Shown piece by piece: positions 1 through 12,230 of a stretch of 64,000 nucleotides of DNA; positions within the stretch are counted from its first letter, which is position 1, and every line of letters begins with the position of its first letter. The stretch spans positions 47,656 to 111,655 of the forward strand of contig NW_004797366.1 in assembly GCF_000002075.1 (NCBI RefSeq). Reading direction: 5' to 3'. This DNA is from Aplysia californica (Eukaryota). The notes below the pieces were generated by a model. It was not told the DNA's origin and did not search any database. It saw only the letters and a list, made by a program, of their open reading frames with translations. The position numbers and the translations under genes were made by a program.

Positions 1-32
<32 letters not shown>

Positions 33-47
33 AAGTAAATACATGTA

Positions 48-232
48 CTGTCCCCGGGGTTTTATGCACCACGCATAATTTAGCCAAATTTGATAATTTT
101 TTGCATAATTTCGGATTATTTTCCTTGTTCGTTCTTTCTTAAAATTAACAGAATCGCATAATTTCACATTTTTGGGCTCAGTTTGCATAATTTCAGGATT
201 TTTTTTGTGTGTGCATAAAACGGCGGGGACCG
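48..232. mobile_element. MITE with CTGTCCCC TIRs and 6-bp TSD (family C, copy 1)
   Basis: TIR CTGTCCCCGGGGTTTTATGCA / TGCATAAAACGGCGGGGACCG; TSD CATGTA at 42-47 and 233-238; near-identical to 48041-48222. Confidence 0.85.
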
Positions 233-280
233 CATGTAGACCCCTGAAGCTGGCTGTTCCCAGTGTGTTGAAAATAACCT

Positions 281-738
281 ATTTTAATTTTAGTAAGAGT
301 TTATTAGCACTTTTATCACAATAAGGTCATATTAGTGCCGACGGGAGGGTGCGGTGGCAGAGCGGTTTGTGCGCTCGTCTCCGAAGCGGAAAGTCCGGGT
401 TCGAGTCTTGGTTGGGACACGGATTTTTTTCGCCCCCTCCTGCCCACCCAGCAGTAATGGGTACCTGACTTTGAGTTGGGGAAGTAAAGGCGGCGTGGAA
501 GTGGAAAGGAACTGGCCACCCTACCACAATATGCCGAAGGCCCAGGAAATTGTCTCACTGACAAGGCAATCCTCAATGTCCGGATCGGATGCGGGAACAA
601 CTTTACTTTACTAGTGCCGACGATTAGAGGTGTTACAAGAGAGTAACAAATACCAAAAAGAATGATATGAAATCAGGATCATTGATGTTTGATAGAAAAG
701 AAAGAGCTAACCACACCAGAGCACCTGCCAGACACCCA
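281..738 (-). mobile_element. Family-B copy interrupted by the SINE at 344-611
   Basis: The two halves match the consensus and rejoin at the SINE TSD. Confidence 0.75.
344..611 (+). mobile_element. Full-length tRNA-derived SINE (Meta/MESC-like core, (CTTTA)n tail)
   Basis: A box TGGCAGAGCGG, B box GGTTCGAGTC, core CCACCCAGCAGTAATGGGTACCTG, 11-bp TSD TAGTGCCGACG at 333-343 and 612-622. Confidence 0.85.
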
Positions 739-1351
739 CACAAATAATCATACCGGTACACGAATTACTAGTTTAAAACCGGCATGCATAACATTAACAA
801 CTTTCAAATTACACGGGCGGGTTTTACAGCCCCAACAAGACACTTTTGTTGAATAATATTTAAACATTATGTCGTGGTATGTGACCAATTTCAGGAAGAA
901 AGAAAGTGTATTTAATTTTCTTTTCTTTTTGACAAGGTTTTCTTTTTTTTTTCCCCCACAGAGCAAGAAGCTCCCCCACAAAGACCTTGAGGAATATGAG
1001 TATGAGTCTCCCCTACAGCCAAGATGTGACCGCACCCTTACAGTTAGAGAACTCAACTACAAACATACATGCCAAACTTCTTCAGCCTATATATTATGTT
1101 ATAATATGTAATACAATGAAGTCAGCTTAAACCTAACACGCTTAATACAAAAATAATGGTAAACCTAAGGAAAATAAAACTCCTAATTTATTTTCCGTTA
1201 TTTGAGCGACCTTTATAAACTGAAACACTGGCGAAACCGAAGAAAACCCAGTGGTCCTGCAGAATTGGGGGGAAGTGGACTCCACTGTATCCACTGACGA
1301 TAAAAAAACGTGCCAATGTATCTATTAGGTATGAAATTAAGTCTTTTTGGT

Positions 1352-1866
1352 AAGTGTTTTACGGCGCTCTCAACTGCTCAAGGTCATATGAGCACGCGGG
1401 AAGAAACATTTTCAATTTGGTAGGAAATTTTGAAATTTGCCTGGGTGGCTGCCGAATTTATCAATTTTGCACCACCAAGGGATCTTTAATGTGCACAATT
1501 TGCACAAGGGACCGCAAAGATTTTTCGCTCTTATCCGAGGAGGCTAGATGTTAGATCTTACCTGCCATAAGACCAGGGGTGCGGCTGAAAGACAGCAGTA
1601 AGAAAAAGCCAAGGAGTAGTAGTAAAAAGATTGTAGTAGAAAGAAAAGAGACAAGAGCCCAGAGGAGGGGGCAAAGGAGGTGAGGAAGGAGAGGACAGAA
1701 AGTGGAGACGAAAGCAGACGACAGGACAATGTTGGACAGGAAAGGGGGTGAAAGTGAAAGGAGACAATTTTATAGAGAAGAACATTTTCCGTCGCTATCC
1801 AGATTCGAACCGGGACCTACAGAAAGAGAGGAGAACACCGTAACCTCTCGACCACGAGGGCCCCCT
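1352..1866 (-). mobile_element. tRNA-derived SINE with Deu/Nin-like central domain and LINE-type 3' stem-loop tail
   Basis: On the - strand: head TGGTCGAGAGG...GGTTCGAATC (1866-1800), CGGATAAGAGCG...GGTCCCTTGTGC...TTAAAGATCCC domain (1540-1479), tail CATATGACCTTGAGCAGTTGAGAGCGCCGTAAAAC. Confidence 0.6.
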
Positions 1867-2326
1867 AGTTTTGTGTTGAAGTTGAAGCGGACTCTACTGT
1901 ATATACATATTATAAAGTAACAATATTGCATTCTTTTTATCTCATTACTGCACTGTTCGAGACCCGCACATTACGTCATGTACATGTATTAATCCATTTT
2001 ATTTAACTTTTTGATTTCTAAATCAATCAAGGCTCTCGGCTCTAAACAATATAAATATATATATATATCTTATCCTTCCAGAATGTGTTTGCTTTCTTTG
2101 CTTCGTAATTGGTGCGCTGCTAGTTAGCTCAGTTGGTATTATAATTGATCATGGACTGGATGACCCTGGTAGTTTGAACCTCATATAAGGTGTTCTTGAA
2201 CTACAGTTCATCTAGGAGTTTCCAAGCTTCTCTTCCCAAGGGATTTGATCCTGTCAGAGATGGGCGATACATTCAGAGAGTTCACATTCAAAATAACTGT
2301 TCAGAGTTGAAACCGGCATGTAATAA

Positions 2327-2510
2327 AGTTTTAGTTTTTAGTTTTAGTAAGAGTTTACGGCACTTGCAACACAATGACGTCATATAAGTGCCAAAGATTA
2401 GAGATGTTACAAGACAGTAACAAACATAAAAAAGGAGGGGAGATAAAAGACGACAGATGTTTGATAGGAAAGAAGAAGCAAACCACACCAGAGCATCCGC
2501 CAACCACTCA
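2327..2510 (-). mobile_element. Family-B copy
   Basis: Reverse complement of the consensus. Confidence 0.8.
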
Positions 2511-2956
2511 CACATTTAACATAAGTCATTTCAGTACTGTGATGAACATGCAGTACAGTTTTAAAAGAACGGGCAATATTATATAATGCAAATATTCAAA
2601 CCACATGACATAAATCAAGAGAAACATTGAACAGTATGAAAACAGTCTTTTTTTTTTGTAGCAGTCGCTTGTCTAAGTCCTTGCAAGAAAAAAAAAAACG
2701 TAAAAAGTATTCCCTTGCAGCCAGTCTTTCACAGAGTCCACTTAGCTTTACAGAACAGTTTCAAGTCTCTCCGCTCAGCTACATGACAGGAGACAATGTT
2801 TTTGATCCGACTGAGGTCATTTTCTAGGCGGGTAATCATTGTGCTTAAAAAAAACTCAACAAATTCTTGAATACCACGAGTACCTCAAATAAGGATACAA
2901 CTTGGCAGAGTGGCAACAGCAAACATGATGGAAATATTAGGATCAAACTGTCAAAC

Positions 2957-3463
2957 ATATGTGAGGCAGCGCGGTGGAATCAGGCTCTCGTCAATTTTTG
3001 GGCATGTAGAGTTATTGGTATCATCTTAAAGCTTGTTCAGTTGTCTTTATTATTTGGATTTTAAAAATGTTCATTTATCTTGAATGCAAGTCGAGATATT
3101 TGCGAAAGAAGGAGGTGGGGGTCACCTGTTTTCAGAGATAAAATTAGTGAGNNNNNNNNNNNNNNNNNNNNNNNNNNNNNNNNNNNNNNNNNNNNNNNNN
3201 NNNNNNNNNNNNNNNNNNNNNNNNNNNNNNNNNNNNNNNNNNNNNNNNNNNNNNTCTGTGGTAACTGAAAATTTACTTTTTTCTGCCTTTAATCAACGCT
3301 TTTCAGAAAAATCCACACAGAAATGAGTTTTTTAATGGGTATAAAAGATGTTGGGCCAAAAAACATAAATTTGATAAAAATTCACAAACCAGTGGAAAAA
3401 TGCAAGTTTCTTCACTTTGATTATTTTGACGAGAGCCTGATTCCACCACGCTGCCTCACATAT
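2957..3463. mobile_element. MITE family D (ATATGTGAGGCAGC TIR, about 38 bp)
   Basis: Near-perfect TIRs at 2957-2994 and 3426-3463. Related copies at 43359-43790 (inverted) and 48860-49272, fragment at 31670-31720. Confidence 0.8.
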
Positions 3464-6107
3464 ATGATAAAAGTTTGTTTTAGGATCCAACAGGTTATGT
3501 TTGTTTGAGGAAAGAGATGGCAGAGAAGCACATTGTTATTGACACAGTAACATTCATTTCATGCTGAAAAAAAGCAAGACAAACGGACAGAAGGAAAAAA
3601 ATAGGGAGACTAGACAACCAAAGGTATGTCCTCTAAACAGTATCCACACATAATGTCACTATGTTCTGACAAGAAAAAAAACATAGGACAAAATGGTAAG
3701 AAAAAAGATCAGAAAAGTTGCGCAAAAGACAATTTATTTAATTCTCTCAAAAGAAACCTGAAATTCAGCAACATTAGGACAAAAAACATTTGTATTTTAA
3801 TAAAAGTTACACACATTCAAGCCATTCAAGGCACATTTAATAAGACAAAACAGTCTAGCAAGCACATAGCGAACACGAAATAGTAAAAGGATTTTCAGGT
3901 CCCAATTGAAAAAAAAAACATTAAGTATAATAATCTTTGCATTTAGAACACATCTACACAGAGAAACTCGTACATTATATGAATAGATTTCAGTGACCTG
4001 CCGATTTCGCTAAGTGTGTGCTATACTGTGCTTTAGATATCATGTACCAACAGATACAATGTACTCACATTTCTTCAAATCAATGTTTCAAGCATACTCA
4101 TGAAACAGAGTGGACAGTCATGTATTCATGATACATTCTTGTATCAGCAAACCAGCATTCATGTCGGCAAAAGATAACATGTTTTACAAGACTCATTGGA
4201 AGCAGCTGCAACCCCCCCCTCCCCCCCACACNNNNNNNNNNNNNNNNNNNNNNNNNNNNNNNNNNNNNNNNNNNNNNNNNNNNNNNNNNNNNNNNNNNNN
4301 NNNNNNNNNNNNNNNNNNNNNNNNNNNNNNNNNNNNNNNNNNNNNNNNNNNNNNNNNNNNNNNNNNNNNNNNNNNNNNNNNNNNNNNNNNNNNNNNNNNN
4401 NNNNNNNNNNNNNNNNNNNNNNNNNNNNNNNNNNNNNNNNNNNNNNNNNNNNNNNNNNNNNNNNNNNNNNNNNNNNNNNNNNNNNNNNNNNNNNNNNNNN
4501 NNNNNNNNNNNNNNNNNNNNNNCCCCCCCCCTTCTCTTTCCGTTTCTCTCGCTATCTCTTTTTGTCTGTCTGTGAGGCATGTCTGTTTGCCTCTCTCTCT
4601 ATTCTCTCTCAGAGCCCGTCTATTTGTCTGTTGGTTGGTCTGTCTATTTTGTCTCCCTTCTCTCTTTCCCTTCACATCACAGGACAATTTAACTTTTAAT
4701 TTAAGTCTACAGTCTCACTATCACCCACTCCCCACCACCCTGAGCTGATTAGACACCAAGCCAAGCATATGTGTCAAAGCCTCTCTAGACAAGGAGCTGC
4801 CACCTTTCCTTTGTCTTAAAGCTTTCTTTTTTTAATGCTGATTCTCTGGGGGTCAGGCGCAGCAAAGAAAAACAAATACAGTCCAGAAGGCCCATCTTCT
4901 GAACAACATATGTCTGTATATCTTGTGGCATATAAAACAAACACAAACATTTCTTACTTTCTATTTCTATTAATTTTAATCATCAAATCTGTTAACTTTC
5001 CTACTCAGACAGTGACCTACTTGTTTGGACCACCACTTAATTTATGGCCTTTTAACCAAAGATTACCAATCTGTAAGTCGTTCAGAAGAGAATTTAGTCC
5101 CACAATAAAAAACAGTGTATCTCTATGAAATATGTAAGTACTGTAAGGTTTTTGAATGGTGCAATTCAAATTTTCTAAAAGTGAACCTCTTAAACTTAAA
5201 GATAAAGGAAATACAGTATAAAAAGAATAGCTCGAATTTGTCAGGACCGGTCTTGATAGTTCGAGGGATCCGTAGTTCAAGGGATATCTTACAAAGATAA
5301 AGACTTAGACTGCTCACCTCTCTAGCTTCAACAGTACAAGGTTTGCTTCGACTATCAAGGCACCCCGGAAATAGCAGGTCACAAGAGAGTGACAAACATA
5401 CAAAAGAAATAGAGGAAAATGACAACAATAGTAAGGATCAGGAAAGAAAAAGCAGCAGTTCCCTGTTGTAGATCAGGCACAGTTATGAGCGGGACATGAG
5501 TCAGCCTATTTACAATTCTACTATGTCCCCTTTTGGGAATGGCCTAAAGACACTACAGTCAGTGGCACTGCCCCGGGGGGTTCAAAATAAGTTGATTAGA
5601 AAGGAATCTGGAAGTTTCAAGAACAACTGGTAAAGACCTAAATAACTTTGAATCTTTGCACAAGACAAACATTTGAAAATAGGTGGAAATATATTAAGTG
5701 ACCATAGCCACTCATTGACATCACAATTTCAATTAGGCCTATTGACCTGTAGTAAAAGACTTATTTTCTAGAAAGCAAGAACGGACAGTTATGGGCTTTA
5801 TAGAAATTCATTTGTACCAAAAGCAATGAGGTCACTGATCATATATAATATACAGCTATAGATGAGAGAGAGAGAGAGAGAGAGAGAGAGNNNNNNNNNN
5901 NNNNNNNNNNNNNNNNNNNNNNNNNNNNNNNNNNNNNNNNNNNNNNNNNNNNNNNNNNNNNNNNNNNNNNNNNNNNNNNNNNNNNNNNNNAAATCATAAC
6001 GCACACACACAGACCCCCCCACACACACAGACCCACACAGAGCCACACACATACACTCTCATAGTCGTCGTAGGTAAGACAGAGCCTAAGCAGGATTAAA
6101 GGTAAAG

Positions 6108-6108
<1 letters not shown>

Positions 6109-6152
<44 letters not shown>
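6109..6152. repeat. (TG)n microsatellite
   Basis: Seen directly. Other simple repeats: (CA)n 1-31, (CT)n 26879-26937, GA-rich 39205-39480, (TA)n 50735-50776, (TG)n 54522-54564. Confidence 0.95.
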
Positions 6153-6159
<7 letters not shown>

Positions 6160-6864
6160 CAGAAGTTCGGAGAGGTAAAAAAAATCTGGATTTACATTCT
6201 TCATCGATCAGGGGAAGCCTGTTCTGTTGTATACGTAGATTACAATCCCGGAGAACGGTTTCCCAAATTGGGAATGTGGGTAGTACAAAAATAAAGAACA
6301 GAAGAAAAGGGTAATGATGGGGGTTCAGGACGTAATAGGCCTACATGTTATGTTGTGTGTATGCAAGAGTGCACCAGACCCTTGTAACACCCACCGCCAC
6401 TGTAAACGACCAAGACAAATTTCTGCCTGAGAGACATGAAGATCACAACAAGTCCTGAAGTCATTCCAGGATCTGTGAACTTCTCAGGAAAACCATAACA
6501 ACAAAAGTCCTTTGGAATTGAGCCGTAGCTAAATAAGGCCCAACAAGAACCTCATGTCAACTATTGGAAGAACATGCACAATACTGACAAATAAAGGCAA
6601 ATACTTGTATATGATAACAGTTTACAGATTCATACACATGGCAAAGACGTGTTAAAATTGTTGGCATATCATACCAGAAAGACAAAGTCTGGGTCACATT
6701 TGAGTTTGAGCAATTCATGACTCACACTCATAGAGATGTCCTGATTCACAGAAAAAATACTTTCATAACACAGAAGAAAAAAAAGATAAATATTCGCTAT
6801 CAATCAAGAAAACTGTCAGTCCTAAATCACAGCACAAAACTTTTGGAGCTCAATTGCACATTGG

Positions 6865-8327
6865 TCACTTTGAGTTGACCTGCATCATAACATAGTCCAC
6901 TTTGTCCTGGACTCTCTTACAGCCTGTGGTGGAGAGATGAAGGTCTCCAAACGTTGAGTAACTGAGCTCTCTCAAGATTTTCTCAACTGCATCGGAATTG
7001 CTGGAGAAACCTTTTGCCACGAGATCCCTACGGATGCACTGAATAACATGAGACTTTTCCAGAGGAAGAAAAGGAACAAAAACATCTATAGTACTGGATG
7101 CTAGAGTAAAATACCATTCACTCTCGGATTTGAAAATATCCATGAACTTTGAATCAGAAATTTTTTCTCTGATTAACGAAGATGGATGGGCATGACGAAG
7201 ACTAAGAAACCTGCGGTTAATTTCTACAGCGTTAGCATTGGACAGTAGAAGTACAATGACGGGTGCGGCGAGGTGACACGGCTTTGACAGAGAGTGGACA
7301 GCCTGACCGATGCCAGAAACAACACCAGGGGGTGCTTTGTCCATCTCATCAATGACAAATATGCTGACCTTACATTCTGTGACATTTCCCATGATCCACT
7401 GCTGTATCTGTTTAGAATAAATTTCATTGTAAACTTTGTGGGGAAATAAATGAGGTATCACGAACTGCATAACTTTCGAACGCTTTAAGTTCTCCGACAT
7501 AATTCGGCTCATAAAATTCTTCCCTACACCAGTGCCACCATGGAATGACATCACCAAAGGTTTACACAAGTCTACATTATTCTTCCCATATGAAGCTCTT
7601 TTGGAAGAAACCGAGTATTCCTCTGAAGTAGACGGTGTGTTGAGCTGATGAAAGTATGTTTCGAGTTCTGTTGTTACCATGCGAGAGGCAACTTCTTGCC
7701 CAAAGACATAAGATTCCAGATCAATTTCAAGAGATCTCTTGTCAAACAGCTTGCTTGCCTTACATCTTTTGTCCTGCCAGTCATGAATGTAAAAAATTAA
7801 ACAGACTATTATAAAAAGAAATATTGTCCAAAGTGAGACACTCTTGCAGGTACATTTTGATGATTTTTGTCCTACATCCGTTTCATTAGAACCAACTCTT
7901 AGCTTCTTTCTCGGAGGACCACGCGGATGACTCATTTGTCCAGCAGTCTTGGTATTCAGAGGAGTAGCAGAAGCTTCTGGGGTAGCTAGAACATTTCCAG
8001 ATCTTTGTCGCAATGATCTTTCATTTTGTACATCCCTCACATAGCCTGGGAAATGAGAGAAAGTTGGGTCATCATCGGGGATACCATAACCTGTTTTCTT
8101 GTTTTTCCGAAACGCAACAACCCCTCTCACAACAGTAGCTGCGGGTTCCCAGCTGTGAGATCGTTGGGTAGCTTGAGAGACTTCACATTCCTTTGACGCC
8201 ATCCTTCCCCCGTTGTCATCTGTTGGTTCCTTCCCTCCGACGCTCATCGACATGACAGCACTGACAGCGCGGCTCACATGCTCAAGGGATGCTGACCATC
8301 GTGGCGACATCTGACGATGGGCAGAAT
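6865..8327 (-). CDS. TOR4A: Torsin-like gene, terminal coding exon (TM segment plus AAA+ domain)
   Basis: Part of the 496-aa ORF. Pyrimidine-rich acceptor at 8328-8329; stop at 6865. Confidence 0.88.
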
Positions 8328-9256
8328 CTACAGTTGGACAACAACAAAAAATCACCTTGTGAAGGAGAGACCTGTGCTTAAGGGGTATTGTCAGTGTTTG
8401 GGGTACTATTGTATACTGTGCATAAAGTAAAACCTAAACATAAAATTTCCCTGGAGAGAAAAATTACATTATTAAGCTAATCTCTACTAACTGCAGCTCA
8501 AGAGTTCACCACAAGATGGTAAAAGCTGTCACAATAGGGATTACTTGTGTCGCATTAGTAAGAAGTCAGAGATGTTGCATCAGATCGCATTGGTTCGGGA
8601 TAGTACACATTGCTCTGGGGCACAAAAGCAAGAATAATAGGGTTAAAGTGTTTACAAGTAAGTACGTTTAGTTGATCCATAGCACAACACTTATTCTTAG
8701 GATTCGAAGAGCTATTTCTGGCCTTAAAGTTTTCTAACAGACTGATTGAATTCATTATGTCTATATAATGCCCCTTCCCCATTCTTTACATTCACATTTC
8801 CCCTTGTTGATACAACAAAATATATGAAAGTCATTGGCGAAACATATGTTAGCTGTTAGCTTTCATTTACTCCACTAAAACAAAACATGAAATACATAGC
8901 CTACATGCTCTGACAAAACAAAAAAACACATTGCACCTGTCTTTAACTCATCTTTATATTTTTTCAGGCCATCTCCCCTCAATTTAAAGAACTCTTGAAA
9001 TTTGTCAAATATAAACACAAACAAGACTCCCTCCCTGTAACACATATGATTTTCAGGTTGCTTGATATAGCAAAACGAGCTAAACATGAAAAGAAAAGTA
9101 AATGGTCTGACCTTGGACGGGTGAGTTTGAGTCGACATCCATGTCGGAGGCATCACTCTCTCTGTTGACAGATGGCAACGGAGGAGAGAGAGAAGCTTGG
9201 CGATAAGATGAATGTCTGTACACAGGCTCCTCACTGTCAAAATCCATGGGCTCCAT
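6865..9256 (-). CDS. TOR4A: Torsin-family AAA+ ATPase, torsin-4A-like (exons 9256-9112 and 8327-6865; about 535 aa)
   Basis: Walker A FHGGTGVGKNF, Walker B IFVIDEMDK, sensor-I LLSN, torsin-specific IDVFVPFLPLE and C-terminal GCKRV. A hydrophobic segment LWTIFLFIIVCLIFYI follows a long low-complexity N-terminus, as in TOR4A. The exon 1 donor CAAG|gtcaga (phase 1) joins acceptor tgtag|AT in frame. Family assignment is firm; TOR4A orthology is less so. Confidence 0.85.
9112..9256 (-). CDS. TOR4A: Torsin-like gene, first coding exon (MEPMDFDSEE...NSPVQ)
   Basis: Acceptor ctctcag lies immediately before A-ATG; donor at 9111. The 145-nt exon ends in phase 1, matching the next exon. Confidence 0.7.
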
Positions 9257-9904
9257 TCTGAGAGAACATGACATTTTAGATATAAATTTCTACGTCTAGA
9301 CCTAGCACAGGGGAAAAGAAAGATGAGGTTGAATTTGGAGTTAAGAGTTTGAGACAAATTTTATACATGTAGCTCTGTCACTCATACAAGCATGACGATT
9401 CTTGAGTTGTTCAACTCAATTGCCTGGTAGCTTCCAAGGGAAAAATTCTGACAAGAAAAGATAGAGAATAGTGTTAGAAAACTATATCAAACTAAAAATG
9501 TCTAAAAATTCAGATGGGGGGGGGGGGGGGGGCAGTACAACACGCCTCTATGGTATGAAAGAATCAATTAAGACATGCTAAAGCATTTCCGTGCTTATCA
9601 ACATCTGGGAGTATTCTTTCCTGTGGCACTAGATTCTTGGCAGGTAGCTGTGGTTGCTTACTGCACATACACAAAGGGAAATTATTTCCAAGCTTGCTGA
9701 TTATGTATTCTAACAGTGCATCGACTTGCAGTTGTAAGGCTGTCAAGGCATTTATGAAGATGTGTATACTTGTACTACAGACACAGCAGTGTGTTGAGCA
9801 TGTAGCATCAGTGCTAAGCAGAGCATGGACCCGCTCAGTTTCTCTAAGGGGATGGGTGGGGGTAGTCGCGCAGAGCCGGCATGGCGTCTGGTAAGGCAGG
9901 GTTT

Positions 9905-10290
9905 CGTGTGATGGGTCACCACTCTTGCCTGCATCTTCACAAATGGACGGTACCTTCCGCCTTTCCTCATCTTTCCTTACAAGAGGGATCCACCCTACAA
10001 TGCTCTTGAGGGCTTTGAGCAAGTGTTCTTCAACAAGAATGACAATGGATGGATAACTGAGGGTGTTTTCCTCAGTTTTCTGAGGGATATTTGCATCCCT
10101 CGCCTAGAGAGAGAGGGCAAGAAGAGGCCTTGTTTGTCGATAGCCACTCCAGGCATCGCTCGCTCAAGGTTTGACCTCTGCAGCGAGAACAGGGTAATAT
10201 TATACAATTATATTGCCTCAAGGCCCACACCAGCCACCTGACACAGCCTCTGGACCATCAAGCCAGTGTGGCAAGAGGAGGTGAGGAAGT
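9905..10290 (+). pseudogene. Decayed pogo-family DDE transposase fragment
   Basis: Translates to WVTTLACIFTNGRYLPPFLIFP...NDNGWITEGVFLSFL...KRPCL, then after frameshifts HTSHLTQPLD, the pogo DDE motif. Confidence 0.75.
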
Positions 10291-11014
10291 TCGTGATTTT
10301 ACTTGGATTACTTGGATTCAGAGCTAGTAATCATAGCAGGCGGCACATGTCTATAGCTGCTCATCTCTCATTTCCAGAGTCCACTCCAGGGTCTTTCTGC
10401 TAATTGTCTGACTGTGACTAATACTAATAGTGACTATTTGGACATGAACAATGACGAACATGATGCTGTGGAGCATCCCAAGCCAAATACATGCCGGTAA
10501 GCCACCAAGTCACCAAGTGCCTAGGTCATTTCATCTGCCTGCGAGAGGTCACGGGGGAGTCCTCGCCTCACACCCACACTGGGGTGGGAGCTAGCTATTT
10601 TCAGCAGCGGGGGGGGGGGGAATAGCGAGACATGTTATTTTCACCCGGGGTGAGAATAAAAGTGGCCACAGAGAAGTCCTTACAGGGAATCAGAATAAGA
10701 TTTCCCAGATTTAGATTCTTGATTCATATATAGACTTCTAAAGTCTAGATCTAGATCTATCTCAAACCAGTCACACTAACTTAAAGCCATCTAAGTGGCG
10801 TCGGTGGCCTAGTGGTTAGGCTCTCGGACTCGCAACCGTAAGGTCGTGGGTTCGAATCCCGTCAGGGGCCCGACGTTGTGTCCTTGGGAAAGGCACTTTG
10901 CACAAATTTTTCTCACTTCACTTCACCCAGGTGGAAATGGGTATCCAGCTATAGACAGTGAACGATCTTGTCAGTTTGGTAGTGTTTGAGCACGTGAAAT
11001 CTGCAGCTTGCACT

Positions 11015-12161
11015 TAGCATACGAAGTGTATATACAGACCCGGTAACCGGGAACAAAGTCACGAAGTATACAGACTCGGTAGACACACAAAGAAAAAGAA
11101 TGCGANNNNNNNNNNNNNNNNNNNNNNNNNNNNNNNNNNNNNNNNNNNNNNNNNNNNNNNNNNNNNNNNNNNNNNNNNNNNNNNNNNNNNNNNNNNNNNN
11201 NNNNNNNNNNNNNNNNNNNNNNNNNNNNNNNNNNNNNNNNNNNNNNNNATGACATGCCCCACTTGGCAGGAGGGAACGAGAGAAAGATAGAGAGGGAAAT
11301 AGGTGGGGAGAAAGAAGACACACAAAGAAAAAGAATGCGANNNNNNNNNNNNNNNNNNNNNNNNNNNNNNNNNNNNNNNNNNNNNNNNNNNNNNNNNNNN
11401 NNNNNNNNNNNNNNNNNNNNNNNNNNNNNNNNNNNNNNNNNNNNNNNNNNNNNNNNNNNNNNNNNNNNNNNNNNNNNNNNNGGGAAATGCTCAATTGAAA
11501 TATGACAATGTTCTTTTCTTCAAATTGTGATTCCTCCAACTCCAAAACGGAGGAAAAACGATCGTTCATCGAAAAGACATCCGCAATCTTCATTTAGATC
11601 TAGATCTAGGCTAGCCTCGAAACTAGATCAATAATTTATGTCAGTCTATCTCATAGATGTACACTATAAGCTAGACCTAGGCCATAGAATAGATCTAATC
11701 TAGATATCTAGAAGAACCGAGGTCGGTGATCTTATACTTTAGCACGTTAAATTCCCAAAGTCTACTAATCCCCGACTCAGACCTTCAAAACTTTGAACTG
11801 GGCCTAAAAATGTGCAAACTACCATAATTTTGTCATGAGCAGATCGTATAACAGCAGTGGTTTTCAGTCTTCCATCATGATTTTGGAAGCCATTGAGTTA
11901 TAATCTTGATGACATAGAAATTTGATCCAGATCTGTAAGTGGTCGCTCGTTTCGGAAGTCCTCAACTGAAGAATTTAATGTGCTAAAGTATAAGATCACC
12001 CCGAGGTCTACCTTAGTGTAGAATTCTGAGGTCTATCCTGAGCCAAGAGGGCGCTGAAACTTTCCGAAATCACAAAAAGAGTTCCTCTACCGGGTCTGTA
12101 TACTTTGTGACTTTGTTCCCAGTTACCGGGTCTGTATACACTCCCCTATTCCTATTATGCC
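11015..12161. mobile_element. TIR element (about 1.1 kb) with long subterminal inverted repeats
   Basis: TATACAGACCCGGTAACCGGGAACAAAGTCACGAAGTATACAGAC (near 11031) is inverted at about 12092-12139. An internal unit recurs at a 235-bp period. Confidence 0.7.
11725..12000. mobile_element. Merlin-like MITE (30-bp TIR, 8-bp TSD)
   Basis: TIR GGTGATCTTATACTTTAGCAC(G/A)TTAAATTC; perfect TSD CCGAGGTC at 11717-11724 and 12001-12008. Confidence 0.8.
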
Positions 12162-12230
12162 ATTATGCTTCCGCGGAAGCCGAGAATGTTTCTGAGTGTT
12201 CTCAGAGGGTCTGCTGGGGTAATAATGGTT

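Noticed and set aside
1470-1550. Hammerhead ribozyme or retrozyme
   Set aside because: No CUGAnGA...GAAA core with closing stems was found; it is better explained as a Deu/Nin SINE domain.
4098-4748. Long ORFs containing X runs
   Set aside because: They are artefacts of N gaps and simple repeats. The same holds at 10949-11593, 13795-14065 and 38335-38950.
9564-10022. 152-aa - strand ORF as an extra torsin exon
   Set aside because: It overlaps a decayed pogo transposase on the opposite strand and has no compatible splice sites.
10795-10870. tRNA gene
   Set aside because: A and B boxes are present, but the sequence continues into a SINE core and lacks a complete acceptor stem. The same applies to 344-420 and 1790-1866.
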